Part shown: piece by piece, positions 47,826-60,230 of the stretch
Layout of the letters: the number at the start of each line of letters is the position of its first letter
Position numbering within the stretch: the first letter of the stretch is position 1
NCBI GenBank assembly: GCA_036867785.1
Contig: CP145412.1
Location: forward strand, 1,364,001 to 1,428,000
DNA from: Plasmodiophora brassicae
Lineage: Eukaryota
Length of the DNA stretch: 64,000 bases
Direction of reading: 5' to 3'
Translations under genes and position numbers: made by a program
The notes under the pieces: generated by a model
Seen by the model: the letters and a program-made list of their open reading frames with translations, nothing else
Databases searched by the model: none
Told to the model about the DNA's origin: nothing

Positions 47826-48825
47826 ATGGCAACGAACCTGTTTGATGTGTCCGGCAAGGTGGCTGTCGTAACAGGCGGCGCGCGTGGCATCGGCGCCATG
47901 ATCTGCGAGTCGCTGGTCGCCAACGGCGCTGACGTCGTCGTGGTGTCGCGGAAGGCGGCCGGGTGCGCCCAGTTCTGCGATGCGTTGAACGGGCGCGGGC
48001 ATCGCGCCAAGGCGACATGGGTCAGCGCCGACCTGTCGTCCGATGCCGAATGCAAACGCGCTGCAGATGAAATTGCAAAGTCGCATAAGGCTGTGCACGT
48101 TTTGATCAACAACAGCGGGTGCAATTGGGGTTGGTCCCGACAATCGTTGCGCACCGCCGCCGCTAATCGATGCTGGTCAAGGTGCTCCGTTGGACGCATA
48201 CCCATGGGATGCGTTCGATAAGGTGTTTCGACTGAACGTGTTCGGCGTATTCGCCTTAACGAAATACTTGTTGCCGCTGTTGTGCAACGCCGGCGGTGAC
48301 GGGGATCCTGCCCGCGTCATCAACATTGGATCAGTGAATGGTCAATGTCCTGTCTGAGATGTAATGGGAGACGGAGCTGACTACAGCGCTATAGGCATTG
48401 CGGTTCCGCATCTGGAAACGTACGCGTACTCGACGTCAAAGGCTGCCCTTCACCATTTGACCAAGGTCCTTGCCAGCCAGCTGGCGGCCAAGAACATCAC
48501 TGTCAATGCAGTTGCTCCCGTATGGATGTACGGTTACTCCAGAACAGCGACGTGTTGATGACGTACAGGGCCCGTTCGAGACCGACATGATGCGTGCCAC
48601 TTTGAAATCAAACCCTCTCATCGTCAAAGGCATTCCCCTACGTAAGCCTATTAACATCTGCTTCATTAGGTAGGCTGATGTATGGCACTGTCATTACCAG
48701 GGAGACTTGGCAGAGCAGACGACATGGCCGGCGCTGTCTTGTATCTGTGTTCACGCTCCAGCGCCTACGTTACTGGCGCGCTTCTACCTGTGGACGGCGG
48801 TGCATTGGTGTCTCCCAAGATGTGA
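47826..48825 (+). CDS. Short-chain dehydrogenase/reductase, multi-exon
   Basis: GKVAVVTGGARGIG, LINNSG, RVINIGS, YAYSTSKAALHHLT (YxxxK), VNAVAPGPF, and VTGALLPVDGG. Confidence 0.93.
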
Positions 48826-49425
48826 CATCTATAAACATGTGCAATTCCCCGCATTCGACATACCGTGTCCAAATACGTCAAACGTCGCACCCATATTCAT
48901 GTAGCAACGAGCACCGCTGTTCAGTGGGCAGCGTGGCACATCGCACGACCAGCGCTGCAGTAACTCCATCGTCAACAATTTCGTCATGGCATGATCGCGG
49001 GCACACCGCAGCGTGTCATCGTGCTCTATTGGTCGGACAGTGTTGTTCACGGGAACCCTATGTATCCAGAGCTCGATTGTTGGCGACCGGAGGACCTTTT
49101 AGTTAGTTCCGTTGTTGAAGAGCAGTGGACCGTACGAAGACGGAAACCGCGATATCAAAACTACCCATCGAGTCACGATACTCTTCGATATCCTCTTTGG
49201 ACCAGCCGTGATCCTTGGCGAAGACGCCTATGGAGAAAACGACTAGGCCGACGAGTTAACGCTTGGTAACGGCACATGTGACATGTAGTACACCCGCTCG
49301 TTCCAGAATAGCTCCCAGCAGGTTAATTGCCGTCAGGTAAACCGCCTTGGTCCCCAAGAAATCATCCCGTGGCGACACGCACCGGTACGCAAACGTCCAC
49401 TCGGCTATCGCGCGCTCATTGACCA

Positions 49426-50817
49426 ATGGGGAAGCATGCGCGTTTGAAGGGGCGGGCGGTCCAGCGGGTCGTGGTCGTTGGAATATGCGTCCTGGCCGCT
49501 GTGTCGCTGATCCAGACCGTGAACCTCATGCGACGTATGGGCGATGACGAATGGAGTCGTGCGGTCACGCCGCTTCCCGTGTTGCGAACGGGACGCACGC
49601 TCTGGACCAGGATCGCTGACGCTGTTCGCAGAGCCGATCTGGAACATGTTCCCGAGTTCGAAGTTGATCTGTCAGGGGATCCAGGCTGTCAGAACGCGCA
49701 CGCTCCGAACCCATGGGTGTTTGCCGTGTCGATGGCGCCGGAAGCGATCGATCGAGCGCGTTGGCAATGGCAAACCTTCATGGCGAACGTCCCGAGGACG
49801 GCACCCGAGGCGTTGCTTCATGGTGGGCGTGGCATCGTTCTGTCGGGCGGCAGGCTGTCCCATCTGCATACCGTCGTCATCACCATCACTAGGCTTCGAA
49901 ATCTGGGATGCAGACTCCCTATTGAACTCTGGTTCCTGGACGATGAGATGCCAGGACCGCCACTGATCGCGTACTTCCGCCGTTTGGGCGCCTCGGTGCG
50001 CTGCACCTGCGACATTTACGATAACGATGGTGGAGAGCGCCCTGCAGTGGATATGCAGTTTCGATACATCGACAAGCGGTTCCAGATCAAATCGATAGCG
50101 CTGGTGATGAGCGCATTCAGCGATGTCTTGTTCCTGGACAGCGACAACGTTCCGCTGGTGGACCCGACATACCTGTTCGACCACGTCGCGTATCGGAGGA
50201 CTGGCGCCGTACTCTGGCCCGACTTCTGGGCCTGTAACACGAACCCGGTGTACTGGGAAATCATGGGCCTGCACCGAGACACGTGCGACCGACGCGGCAC
50301 GTTCGAATCCGGGCAGATGCTGATCAACAAGGCCAGGCACTGGGAACCGCTCATGCTCGCCCTGGAGATGAACATGCAGGCTCAGCTGCATTACAACCTC
50401 GAGTCGGGTAGCGACCGGTGTGGCGGAGGTGACAAGGAGACGTTTGCGGTCGCGTTTGACGCGTTAGGCCATTCTTACGACAAGGTGGGCCGGCAACCCG
50501 GTATCATCGGTCGCGTTCTGCCGGACGGTAACTATCAGGGGACAGCAATGATCCAGTACGATCCGGATACGAAGAAGCCGCTGTTCCTGCATATCAACAC
50601 GGTCAAGTTCAGCCCGGAACGGTTGCTGGGCGGCGAGCAACGACGATGGCCGGTGGAAAAGGCGCGGTCGCTACTGGGGCGCGATGACGGCGACTTTGAG
50701 AAGGAATGCCTGCGGATCATGGTGAACTTTGTCTGTACCAGCGAGTACGCCGCCCACGCTGGCCCCGAACACGCCGCCAAATGCCCTGAACTACTGAACG
50801 CCCTGGAGACGTTCTGA
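49426..50817 (+). CDS. GT71 alpha-mannosyltransferase (Mnn2/Mnn5-like), intronless
   Basis: TM anchor, GRGIVLSGG, LRNLGCRLPIELW, FQIKSIALVMSAFSDVLFLDSDNVP, GAVLWPDFW, ESGQMLINK, and GGDKETF. Confidence 0.92.
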   Translation: MGKHARLKGRAVQRVVVVGICVLAAVSLIQTVNLMRRMGDDEWSRAVTPLPVLRTGRTLWTRIADAVRRADLEHVPEFEVDLSGDPGCQNAHAPNPWVFAVSMAPEAIDRARWQWQTFMANVPRTAPEALLHGGRGIVLSGGRLSHLHTVVITITRLRNLGCRLPIELWFLDDEMPGPPLIAYFRRLGASVRCTCDIYDNDGGERPAVDMQFRYIDKRFQIKSIALVMSAFSDVLFLDSDNVPLVDPTYLFDHVAYRRTGAVLWPDFWACNTNPVYWEIMGLHRDTCDRRGTFESGQMLINKARHWEPLMLALEMNMQAQLHYNLESGSDRCGGGDKETFAVAFDALGHSYDKVGRQPGIIGRVLPDGNYQGTAMIQYDPDTKKPLFLHINTVKFSPERLLGGEQRRWPVEKARSLLGRDDGDFEKECLRIMVNFVCTSEYAAHAGPEHAAKCPELLNALETF

Positions 50818-50928
50818 AAGAACTCGATCTGCCACTTTATGCACAATGCAGGCCGAAACCGACATGACCGGTCCCCCACGGAAAGGCATGCAGGTATAAA
50901 CGTGATCACGGGCATGGCATTCCCGGCG

Positions 50929-52079
50929 TCAGTCGTCTTTCTGAGATTTCGACTTGGATGGCAGAATGAATATTGCAACGGCCTTAGACACAATCTGCCA
51001 GCCCCACATTGCGTTGAGCAGGTTGAACAAAACTAGGCAACCGTCACACGTAGCGGGAGCGAGGCGTCAAGAAACGACGGTACCATTGAATGCGAGGAAG
51101 AGACCCGGAACAACAGGGTGCAGTGGTCTCGCAGAATCGTACAGCGGGTTCTGCACCTGCACCAGGGACGTCTTTGACGCGTGTGAGGGCAGGCACCAGG
51201 GCAGCAGTTCGACCCAGATGTGATACGACATGACTGGGTAGAGCAGGTCAGAACGTTAACGAGAGAGGCCAGTAGCGTCGACTTACTGATGCCAGCAACG
51301 TTACGCACGGCGATGAACGTGAACGCGAAACACAGCTGGGACAGCGGGTTAGTTCGTTCCGTGTGCCATCGATCCAGGCACATCGCCCACCTGAATATAT
51401 TGGAACGCAGGATGCTGCGTCAGCTTGAGTTTAATGAATGCCCAGCGAGCATTCATAAGTGGCGTCGACGCCTCCCAGGTCAACAGCATGGCGCCCCAGT
51501 ACTGCAGCAACGGAGCGAGCGCCAGACCATACACTTCACAGCGATACACAATTATTAGGCCCGACACAGCAAGTAGTGCACAACGAGCAATTACGGATGA
51601 CTCCCATGACGTGATGCATCAGGAACGGAATGTTCTTCTTCTCGAAAACCATTAGGCAATCGATTGTGTCATGGAGGAAATACCTCGTCGATAACGTCAG
51701 CGCAGGGCGATGACGACATCACCGTTCATAAGCGTACCCGCAGGAGATGGCCACGACGACAGACGACGCGTGCGACGCGCCAAACAGATGGTCGCGATGT
51801 ATATCGGATGGGGACAGCAATGCCAGCGCCGCCCCGCATAACGCCACCAAGGCATGGACGGACGATGCCGCTCGCCCTGAAAACTCGCGCAGGTCGGCGT
51901 CATCCTTCGCGAGTCCGTGCGGCAACCACCGACGAAACACGGCCCCAAACACCTGCAGCGCCCCCGACGCTTCACAGACGCCACTCGGCCGCCACCACGA
52001 CCGACGACCGTACCTGGAAGAACACGCAGCTGCATGCGACGACAGGCCAGTACTGCCCCAGCAGTGATAGGCCGATCAT
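50929..52079 (-). CDS. TLC (TRAM/LAG1/CLN8) domain membrane protein, TMEM56-like
   Basis: RAASSVHALV, VAISCGY, LMHHV, LLTWEASTPLMNARW, FTFIAVR, LNAMWGWQIV, and tail KSQKDD. Confidence 0.82.
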
Positions 52080-52286
52080 GATGGGCAGCAGCAGCAGCAG
52101 TCGCAGCAGCGCAGCGGACCAAAGCGCTGCGCACAAGTCCGCCCGTTTCGCAGACCAGGCGGCCCACCACGGGGCATTCGTCACTGACACACAACCAGGC
52201 CCTGCTACCTACCAGTACCAGTGCTGCCTGTCATTTCGTTTTTGCGACAACTGTTCACGGTTGGACCTTATTCATACAACGTCTGG

Positions 52287-52667
52287 TCATGCGTTGCGCT
52301 GCAGGAGGGGCGGCGCGGCAGCGTGCTCCCGGTGCCTGCGTACGGCGACGGCTTTGCGGTACAAGTTCAGGTCGAGGCCGTCCACGCAGGTGACGACGCG
52401 GGCGCGAAGCCCGCCGCCGGCCTGCATTTCGCCGAGGAAGGACAGGAGCGAGGGGACGCGCAGGATCGGGCGCTGCGTCTCGACCAGGGATAGGTCGACG
52501 GCCAGCTCGGCGCCGTCCAGCTCGACGACGGCCTTGGCGCCGTCCGGGTCGATCGACCGCAACCTGGCGACGACCCGCACCGAGTCCCCGACACGGCAGT
52601 CCCCGATCTCACTCATCAGGACCAAGCGCCCGCTGCGCACGGGGCACGCCTCCGGGACGTTCGCCAT
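52287..52667 (-). CDS. TEN1: CST complex subunit TEN1 (OB fold)
   Basis: GDSVRVVARL...LAVDLSLV...SLLSFLGEM...LRARVVTCVDGLDLNLYRKAV parallels plant/animal TEN1 (SLRV..L, FIGEL, ARxxxxVDGxDxNLYRK). Confidence 0.8.
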   Translation of the reverse strand: MANVPEACPVRSGRLVLMSEIGDCRVGDSVRVVARLRSIDPDGAKAVVELDGAELAVDLSLVETQRPILRVPSLLSFLGEMQAGGGLRARVVTCVDGLDLNLYRKAVAVRRHREHAAAPPLLQRNA

Positions 52668-52878
52668 CGCCACGCCCAATTTGGACTTACGCACACGGCA
52701 ACGTTCGCTCTCCTGCTCGCAGGTCAACGAGAGACGCACGCATACGACGTAACGGTCGCGTCTACGAGGATACGCGCGTTCGCGTCAACTTGATTTGGCA
52801 ACAGGCCGCGGGTTGGCACAGAGCGATCATCGTTAGAAGTGCCGCGGTGGCCGTCACGGGGTCACGGCGTCGGGCATC

Positions 52879-55439
52879 ATGATGGGCGATGTGGCAGTGG
52901 AAGGCATGCTGTGGATCTATACGCCGCGTCGGCAATCCTGGACGTACACGTACGGGTGCCTGCACGATGCGACGCTGTATGAGTTTCGGAACCGGACGCG
53001 GCGCCGGGCGCTGCGACCGCTGGCGTCCACCGACCTGACGGACGAGATGTCGGTCGAGATGAGGAAACCGCTGCTCTATATTGACGTCGGTCGATTTGGG
53101 TACCAGAGCGCTGGCGCTGCCTGCATCGAAACGCAGTAATGTTCTCACCTAGGCCATGCAGGTGCCTGTCGTGCCCCGGTCAGCACTTGATCTATCCGCT
53201 CGTGCTGCGATCGCCGACACTGCAGGAATCAATCGTCGTTGCTGCTGCGTCGGCCGACAGTCAGATGCGATGGTTCAGTGCCATTCAGTCTGCGATTGAA
53301 ACGTGGGTGATGGGGCGCGATGCCGTCTACTGCGCAGTGTCATGAGGCGACATCGGTACACAGGCCGAAGCAGCGAGGACAAGGGTTCCTCTTGAAACTG
53401 GGTGGACGACTCTATACCCGATGGCAGAGGCGGTACTTCCGCATCCGTAAGCACCTGTGCCGTTTCCGTTTCGTGTCGTCAACATCCGATGGGGCTTAGG
53501 CGACGGTCGGCTGGAGTATTACTACTCGGGGTTGCACGAGCCGCCAGTGAAATCGTTCCCACTGGACGGCGGTCGGGTCATGGTCAGCAACGTACGACTG
53601 GCCCAGAGGCCTTTTGTGTTCGGGTTTCAGACGAAGGATGGGTATCCCGGTGCTGTATGAAGACCTAGATGCCGTTGCTGAACGTCCTTCGGGCAGGTCC
53701 GTTGCGGTTCTCTGTGCGTCTGACGGAGAGACCAGGAGACGATGGATAAGTTCGATCCGTCTCGCAATTCTTCGCGCAAATCGACGGTTGAGCGCCTATG
53801 ATGGTACTTCGCAGAGCCTATTCAGGAGCCCGTTTGTAATCCTTGGCAGGTCCCGCTCGTCAATTCCACCAGCAGCGACTGGTCGAAAAGTACCGGCAGT
53901 CAGGTGTCTGGGGACCCGTCGTCATTCCTGTGGATTCAACGTCCGGAATGCTGACTTGGTTGTCGCCTTAGGTCAGGCGCTGGCACTCAGCGGAAGTTTG
54001 CAGATGAAAATCTCAGACTGCGAAACGATCAATGTGATCTGCTACCTGTTCAGTTCCGTTCTTGCTGTTCTGGATGAAACATCAATCATCGAGACAGACG
54101 TGCCACGTCTGTCTTTGCCGCTCACCGAGGCATACTTGTACCGCGACCGTGAAGATTGTAGCGATAACGCGTTCAGTATTACTGCCGCTGGCGCTGAAGT
54201 CGTCCTACTCGCCAAATCGCCGGCTGAAAAGGACATGTGGGTCAGCAACATGATCTTGTCGATCCAGGTAAGGACGCCCTTATGACAATGGATTGTAACG
54301 ATGACAGTGTGCTAGCAATGCATGTTGCAGTACTATCCTGAACGCTGTCAAGCTATGGGATGGACCCATGCCATTCTACGTGGCACCATCCACTCGTACG
54401 CCCTCCTAGACGACACTGAATCGCTGCTGGCGCACGTTGCTGGTCATGAAGGCTCAACTGCGTCCGGCATTGACGCTCGAGACTCAATGGGCCTAACAGC
54501 TCTCCACGTTAGTTATATTTCAACCTGACCTGAGTGGCCGCTGACGAACTGTCTCTTTCAGATCGCGTCTCACGAAGGATTACATGACATTGTACGCGTT
54601 CTTATTGAGGAATGTGGTGCATCGCCTCTGAGTCGCAATGCGGGTCTGTTCGTTTTTAAGAGATTGCAGGATGTTCCCTCATCAACAGCTGCCCAATCAG
54701 ATTATCAAACCCCGCTCCATCTTGCATGTAGCATGGGACATGTGGAAGTTGTCGAAATTCTCTGCCGGCACCTCGACGGCCCGGGAATCAGTGCGACGAA
54801 TGGCAGCAATCGGTCAAGCCTCTGGTGCGCTCTGTGGTCTGTGTCATCCATCGCTAAATTTCGGGTTGTGCTCAGACTGAGGCTGTAAGCAGGTCAGATA
54901 CGGCACGCGCTGCGGAATGTGTACGCCTCCTGGTAGAGCACGGCGCGGATGTTAATGGTTCTGCAACATCACTATATTACCGTCATCGTGTACTGACCGG
55001 TTGACCTCATAGCAATTGAGCCAGCTTCCGGAATGACACTTCTACAGGTAATCCTTCCACGTCCGGCATGCTCTTGTTATCAACATGCGGTTTGTTTTCA
55101 GGAGGCTGTTATCAGGGAGGAAGAGGCCGCCGTTGATCTTCTTCTAGGTGGCTGGATAGATGGATTCTACGGTGCAACTGTGTACTGACGTCATCCTAGA
55201 GATCGGCGCGTCGACAAGTGTCGTGTCGATGGCATCCAAGACCGCTGTTGAGTACGCAACGGTGCTGGGATCGCTCCAAATTGTGATGAACCTGTACTCG
55301 TCTGTGGCAGCAGATCGTCGCTGAACGTAGTCGGATACAGGTGACAACCCTGAGCAAACAGGACGCTGCGAGGCAATCGGCGCATGCAAACGGCAACGAT
55401 CATGCCGGGGCTATCGAGCCCCCGTCGAGGGATATGTAG
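52879..55439 (+). CDS. PH-domain plus ankyrin-repeat protein, multi-exon
   Basis: PH ends (SADSQMRWFSAIQSAI, SDGETRRRWISSIR, AKSPAEKDMWVSNM) and ankyrin motifs (DSMGLTALH, QTPLHLACSMGHVEVVEIL, CVRLLVEHGADVN). The 3' end is approximate. Confidence 0.75.
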
Positions 55440-55663
55440 GACGGGGGCCACCGCCCAACGACATAGGTACACAGGTGTATAACCAACAAGCCCTGCATGA
55501 CGAAATTCGGCATCGACCTGTTGCGCTCGCCGCGTTCCATTCATTTTGTTGCTGTCTCGAGCCATAAGTCCACACGTGATCTCGCATCCGGCAACCGGGT
55601 GGTCTTGGACGTCGGTGCGTCCAGCATTGACATAGGATACTGGAAATATATTATGAATCTGGT

Positions 55664-58297
55664 CTAATTCCAAATAGAGTTCAGGAAACCCTTCTTCGTT
55701 GCTCCAGACCGCGCTGCTGATACTTGGTCTGCACTTACCGCCTGGCTGTTGGACGACTGCGCTTGGGAGCTGTACTTGTCTCGGTACTTTTCGCAGACTT
55801 GGGAGATTTCCGACGATGACATGTCGGCGCGCATCTGAAGAAGCGTCTTTAGGGCCGCGCCCTTATCGGCACCGTACACTTCGAACACGCTCTCGAAAAA
55901 CAGTGGAATCCAATCCTTGTCAGATTCCAGGATGTTCTGAATCTTCTCGATGTGTTCGATCTGCTTCTGAGCAACTTGCTCTGGGACGTACTCCGATACG
56001 TTCGGACTCGTATACCAGGAAAACAGCAATTCGTAATCGGCGTGCAACTTCGCAATGACGTCGTCCTTGTTCTTCTTCAGGTTCAACGTGGAGGCCAGCA
56101 ATGCGTCGCAATAGGCCTTCACGAGAAGACGGATCGCTTCCTACACATCCTGTCAAAGGACACCACGCCGAAAGAAACGGGCAGGGCACCTGAATCAGTC
56201 GGGAGAAGAAGAAGTCGTTTCCAATCCAGGTTTCGTAGTCGCTGAAATAGTCCGATAGAGTGGCAACAATCTTATCGCCGACTTCACCATCGCGCGCTGA
56301 AAGCCATCTTGGGACGAACATTTCCGGAAGAACCTAGGACAGCTTAGAGATTGCCTGGGCATGGGCAGCAATTCCCAGAACCGCACCTTTTCTTTGATAC
56401 ATGCAACCATCTGCGACGCCAGAACGTTAACAGCAACAGTGCCGACCCGAATGAACCCATTAATTGCATCGTCTGTCTTCTCTTCCAGAATTTCTGCACA
56501 GCCGTTTAGATCATCGACATGTAATAAGGCAGGTGGCATACCTTCCATCTCCGGTTCCAACTGTTCCCGACATCTGTCCCGCATGGCTTCACAGTTCTCG
56601 CTGCACTGCTGGCAGTTGCTAAGTATCGCGCATAAATAATTGTCAGGGCGATCAGCCCCCTGCGCGTTCAGGGCGCTTATGAGCAGAGCCTGGTAGTCGC
56701 CAAGCACAGACAAGCACATTGTGACGATATCCAGAAAAGGCTGCCCCTTGATCTCGCGTTTGACCGCCAGGTCGATCTGCTGATTGAGAATGACAAACAG
56801 GTCTTGCGGTGCACTTGTACTCCAGCGCCCATTGTCCTCACTGGGCTCGGAACGCCAATCCGTCTGCATGATTTTCTGTGCCCAGTCCGACATCGTTTGT
56901 CGTACTGACGTCAGGTAGGCCTGCATCAGGGTGGGTACATGCTCAAGAAGCATCGCCGATGACGATGATTCCGACTCCGTGTCGACGCCAAGAGCTTCCA
57001 TACTTTCACGATACTCCTGTATCCAGTGAATGCAGTTCAAGATGTCGCTGGGCGACATGCGATCGGCGTCCGCAGTTGCATCCGACAGCTTAGCGTATCT
57101 GTCGCCAATCGCTCATCAGGAAACCAGTTAGCACTGACCGGCGACAGTTTCTTACAGGAACTTCTGATATCGGGATTCGTACAGGTTAAATATTTCGAAT
57201 CGCTCCGGAAAGCAATGGACAACGTGATTGGCGACAAAATCTAGGTCGTTAATCAGGTCACTACCGACCTTCAGGACCTTGTCGATACTTGCAGAGCCTA
57301 CGACTGCTCAGGCAACGGAGCCGCGTGACGATCCGCGCAAACCTACTCTCTGATTCATCGCCAAACGCGGTAGCAAACCGTTTTCCAATGGACTCGTCCA
57401 GGATGTTCAGAGTGCGCTGCCCCAAACGTTACGACTCTGACTACGATGACGATATGGTAAAACCTTACCTGCATCATCGACACCGGCGGTTGCTTGTTCG
57501 ACCGGAACAGTGTCGTTGGGTACCCGCGGGACTCTTCGTAATCCTCCATCTCGACAATCTCCAGTGTCTTGACCAACGTTGCAGGATCTTCTTCCGCCAA
57601 GTAGAACGTGTCCCTAATATTCTCCCAGATACGCTTCTCGATAGCGGCAATGACAACCTTCAGCGAGTCGAAGTGACGGGATACGCGCGCATGTACACTG
57701 AACCGACAATGAGCGGTCGCGCACCACAACGACGAACCGCCGCCGCGCGTACCCAGTGTCGTTGCCTTTCTGGTACTTGGAAGTCTCGGCTAACGCCTTG
57801 TCCCTGAGACGCACCAATTGCCGAACTTGGACATAGACACGTTTGACGGCGCCATCCTCCTCCTGAACTTGGACTTCCAGCTGCCGAGCACGTTCGGGGA
57901 TGGACACGAATAGGTCTAGCAGGCGCGTCGTCGTGCGAAGATGCCGTCGCGCAATGCCGACTCGACGAATATTCGTATAGGCCTGCGCCAGTTGCTCGTT
58001 CGTCTGGTCGCACATCGCCACGATCTTCGACATGCTGCCCTGGATCGAGTTCACCTTGTTGTACGACTGCTCGATCAGCTGCTGCGCCCACAGCATATCA
58101 TCCGTCTGCGTCGTCTGCGCCGACCGCAGCCGGCCCAGCGCCGATTTCGCCTTGTCCCCGACGACCCGGCGTATCTCCTCCAGGCGGTCGAGCGCCCCCT
58201 GCGAATCGCACATCGACGCCACCATCGCCCTGGCCATCCGCTGACATTCGGCCGCCTCGCCCGACAACAGCACCGTCGACGGCGACTCCAGGCCCAT
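55664..58297 (-). CDS. SEC6: Exocyst complex component Sec6/EXOC3, multi-exon
   Basis: ALDRLEEIRR; AEEDPATLVKTLEIVEMED; DILNCIHWIQEY; TSAPQDLFVILNQQI; YLCAILSNCQQC; IVATLSDYFSDYETWI; LLQMRADM. Confidence 0.85.
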
Positions 58298-58541
58298 CTG
58301 CCCCAAATCCGGCACTTACGACAGTGACCTGAAAATATAATACTGCGACCGAGCACTGCCACTACCCGCCACTGGACCACGTGATCGGCGCATCGTATTC
58401 GCACTGGAGTATTTTAGGGACTACAGGTGACACAGTCATGCCCGGGCAACGACGCCGGTCAGCGACGTGGTGCGCGCGGATTACGGTTTGACCCGCAGCG
58501 TCGCCTGCGTCGCCGTCACTACAATAATAGGATCAGCGGCC

Positions 58542-60047
58542 ATGAACCTGGCTGTTGTACTGCCTCTGGTGCACGTGCTGGTCGGCTCCCTGGACGCCGT
58601 CCCGGTTCGACGCTTGTTCGCTCCTGCCGTCATGCTGTCTAATCTGGCGGCGGCAAACCCGCACTCGGATCCCGCCGTGGGCCTGTCAGGAATCCAACCG
58701 GGCCTGCCTGGGGCCGTGAATCTCGGCCCGCCAGCGTGGCCGTCAGCGAGTTCTGTCGGCCATCCAGGAGTTCATGTACCTGGGGACGTGTCTTATCATT
58801 CCGTTCCACCAGCGTGGCGGTCTAGCGGCCCTCCGCCATTACCGTGGAATGTTCCTGTCGCGGACAGTGACAGTCAGGGCATGGGTGTCGGCACAGCTCC
58901 TTCACCTGGAGTCATGTCGTACTACGCTGACAGCGACGGCTTGGCCGACTCGCATGCCGCTGAGACGCATGGCCACGGCGCTGGCGTCCAGCCGAGTCTG
59001 GTTCCTGGAACCGCAACGGAAGACAATCAACCAGCACAGGCAGCGTCTGCGTTCAACAGCAACGGCGACCTGCCTGACGAGGAAGAGTTCTGGGAGGACG
59101 CCCTCAGCGAACCCGTAAGCGTTGACAGTACCGGTGTCTGGGATGAAGCAGACGATCGCGCGGGATTGCAAGACGTTGACGACACCGACCGTCAGTCGAA
59201 CCCGGCTGCTGTGACAACACCTGCTGATCCGGATCCCACCACGAGGGCGTCCTCTGATGTCAACACCAACGTCGATGACCAGGAGGAGGTCTGGGAAGAC
59301 GCGATTAGCGCACCCGCTGAACGTGGCCCTACCGAAGGCCCCAATGTAAAGGAGGATCGCCACGACGAACGGCCAGGCGGATTCAACCCAATGTCGACTG
59401 TGCTGTCAGGTGCACTGTTTGCTGGCGACGCGCTCCGTTGGGTGGGGAGGAAGGTCGTCAGGCTTGCGCGTAAGGAGCCGGTCGACTGCGACGCAGTGGT
59501 GATGAGGGTCGTCGACCAGGTAAAGGACAAGGTTAACGACACACGCAACATCGACTCGATCCCGTGCGAATGTTACAGCCAAGCAACCGTTGACCGATTG
59601 AATATCACTGACGAGCAGCACCTCGATCTGGTCCGGCAACTCGTCCAGAAAAAGTCCTGGGCCTGCTGGGTCAAATCGAAATTCGCTCCTGCCATGTCGA
59701 TCCACAAGACGGTCGGCAATCGCCTGTCAGCAGCGCTGTCCCCGTTTTCTAACGCATGGAACAAATTGAGGACTGCCCAAGGATGGGTGTCCTGGGCCCG
59801 CCAAGTTCGAGACAACCCACGAGTCATCCTGGACCACGTCCGCGGCGTCTACCAGGAGTCGGACCCGACCGTCAAGATGGGCATCTTTGCGGGCATCTAC
59901 ACGAGCGTCGTGGCGGCGGGCAGCTGGACGACCAGCAGCGTTTCCCATGCGATCAGTACCGTGGCCGGCTCGCTGGCCCATTGGTTCTGGACACCGCTCG
60001 GTATTCTGACCGCCGCCACGGTCCTGACGCCTGAGCCTGCACAATAG
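58542..60047 (+). CDS. Hypothetical secreted or membrane-anchored protein (~501 aa), intronless
   Basis: Signal peptide-like MNLAVVLPLVHVLVGSLDA, a Pro-rich then acidic low-complexity region, a Cys-containing helical domain, and a hydrophobic C-terminus. Confidence 0.65.
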   Translation: MNLAVVLPLVHVLVGSLDAVPVRRLFAPAVMLSNLAAANPHSDPAVGLSGIQPGLPGAVNLGPPAWPSASSVGHPGVHVPGDVSYHSVPPAWRSSGPPPLPWNVPVADSDSQGMGVGTAPSPGVMSYYADSDGLADSHAAETHGHGAGVQPSLVPGTATEDNQPAQAASAFNSNGDLPDEEEFWEDALSEPVSVDSTGVWDEADDRAGLQDVDDTDRQSNPAAVTTPADPDPTTRASSDVNTNVDDQEEVWEDAISAPAERGPTEGPNVKEDRHDERPGGFNPMSTVLSGALFAGDALRWVGRKVVRLARKEPVDCDAVVMRVVDQVKDKVNDTRNIDSIPCECYSQATVDRLNITDEQHLDLVRQLVQKKSWACWVKSKFAPAMSIHKTVGNRLSAALSPFSNAWNKLRTAQGWVSWARQVRDNPRVILDHVRGVYQESDPTVKMGIFAGIYTSVVAAGSWTTSSVSHAISTVAGSLAHWFWTPLGILTAATVLTPEPAQ

Positions 60048-60230
60048 TAAAACCGTAGGCGATGGCAAACCTTAACGTTTTCGTACGGCTGGACGGACGA
60101 TCCGGAAGCGGCGCTCCGGAGCAGCAGCCTCGCTCCTGGTCAGACGGCACCAAATCGGGCGATATCCCAGAGCATACAGAGTCCGGTTGTGTCCAAATAT
60201 TAATAAGTTCCCACAGTGAATGTATTGATA

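Noticed and set aside
48830-49420. Short ORFs between the SDR and GT71 genes
   Set aside because: No motifs or convincing exon structure; probably UTR or promoter.
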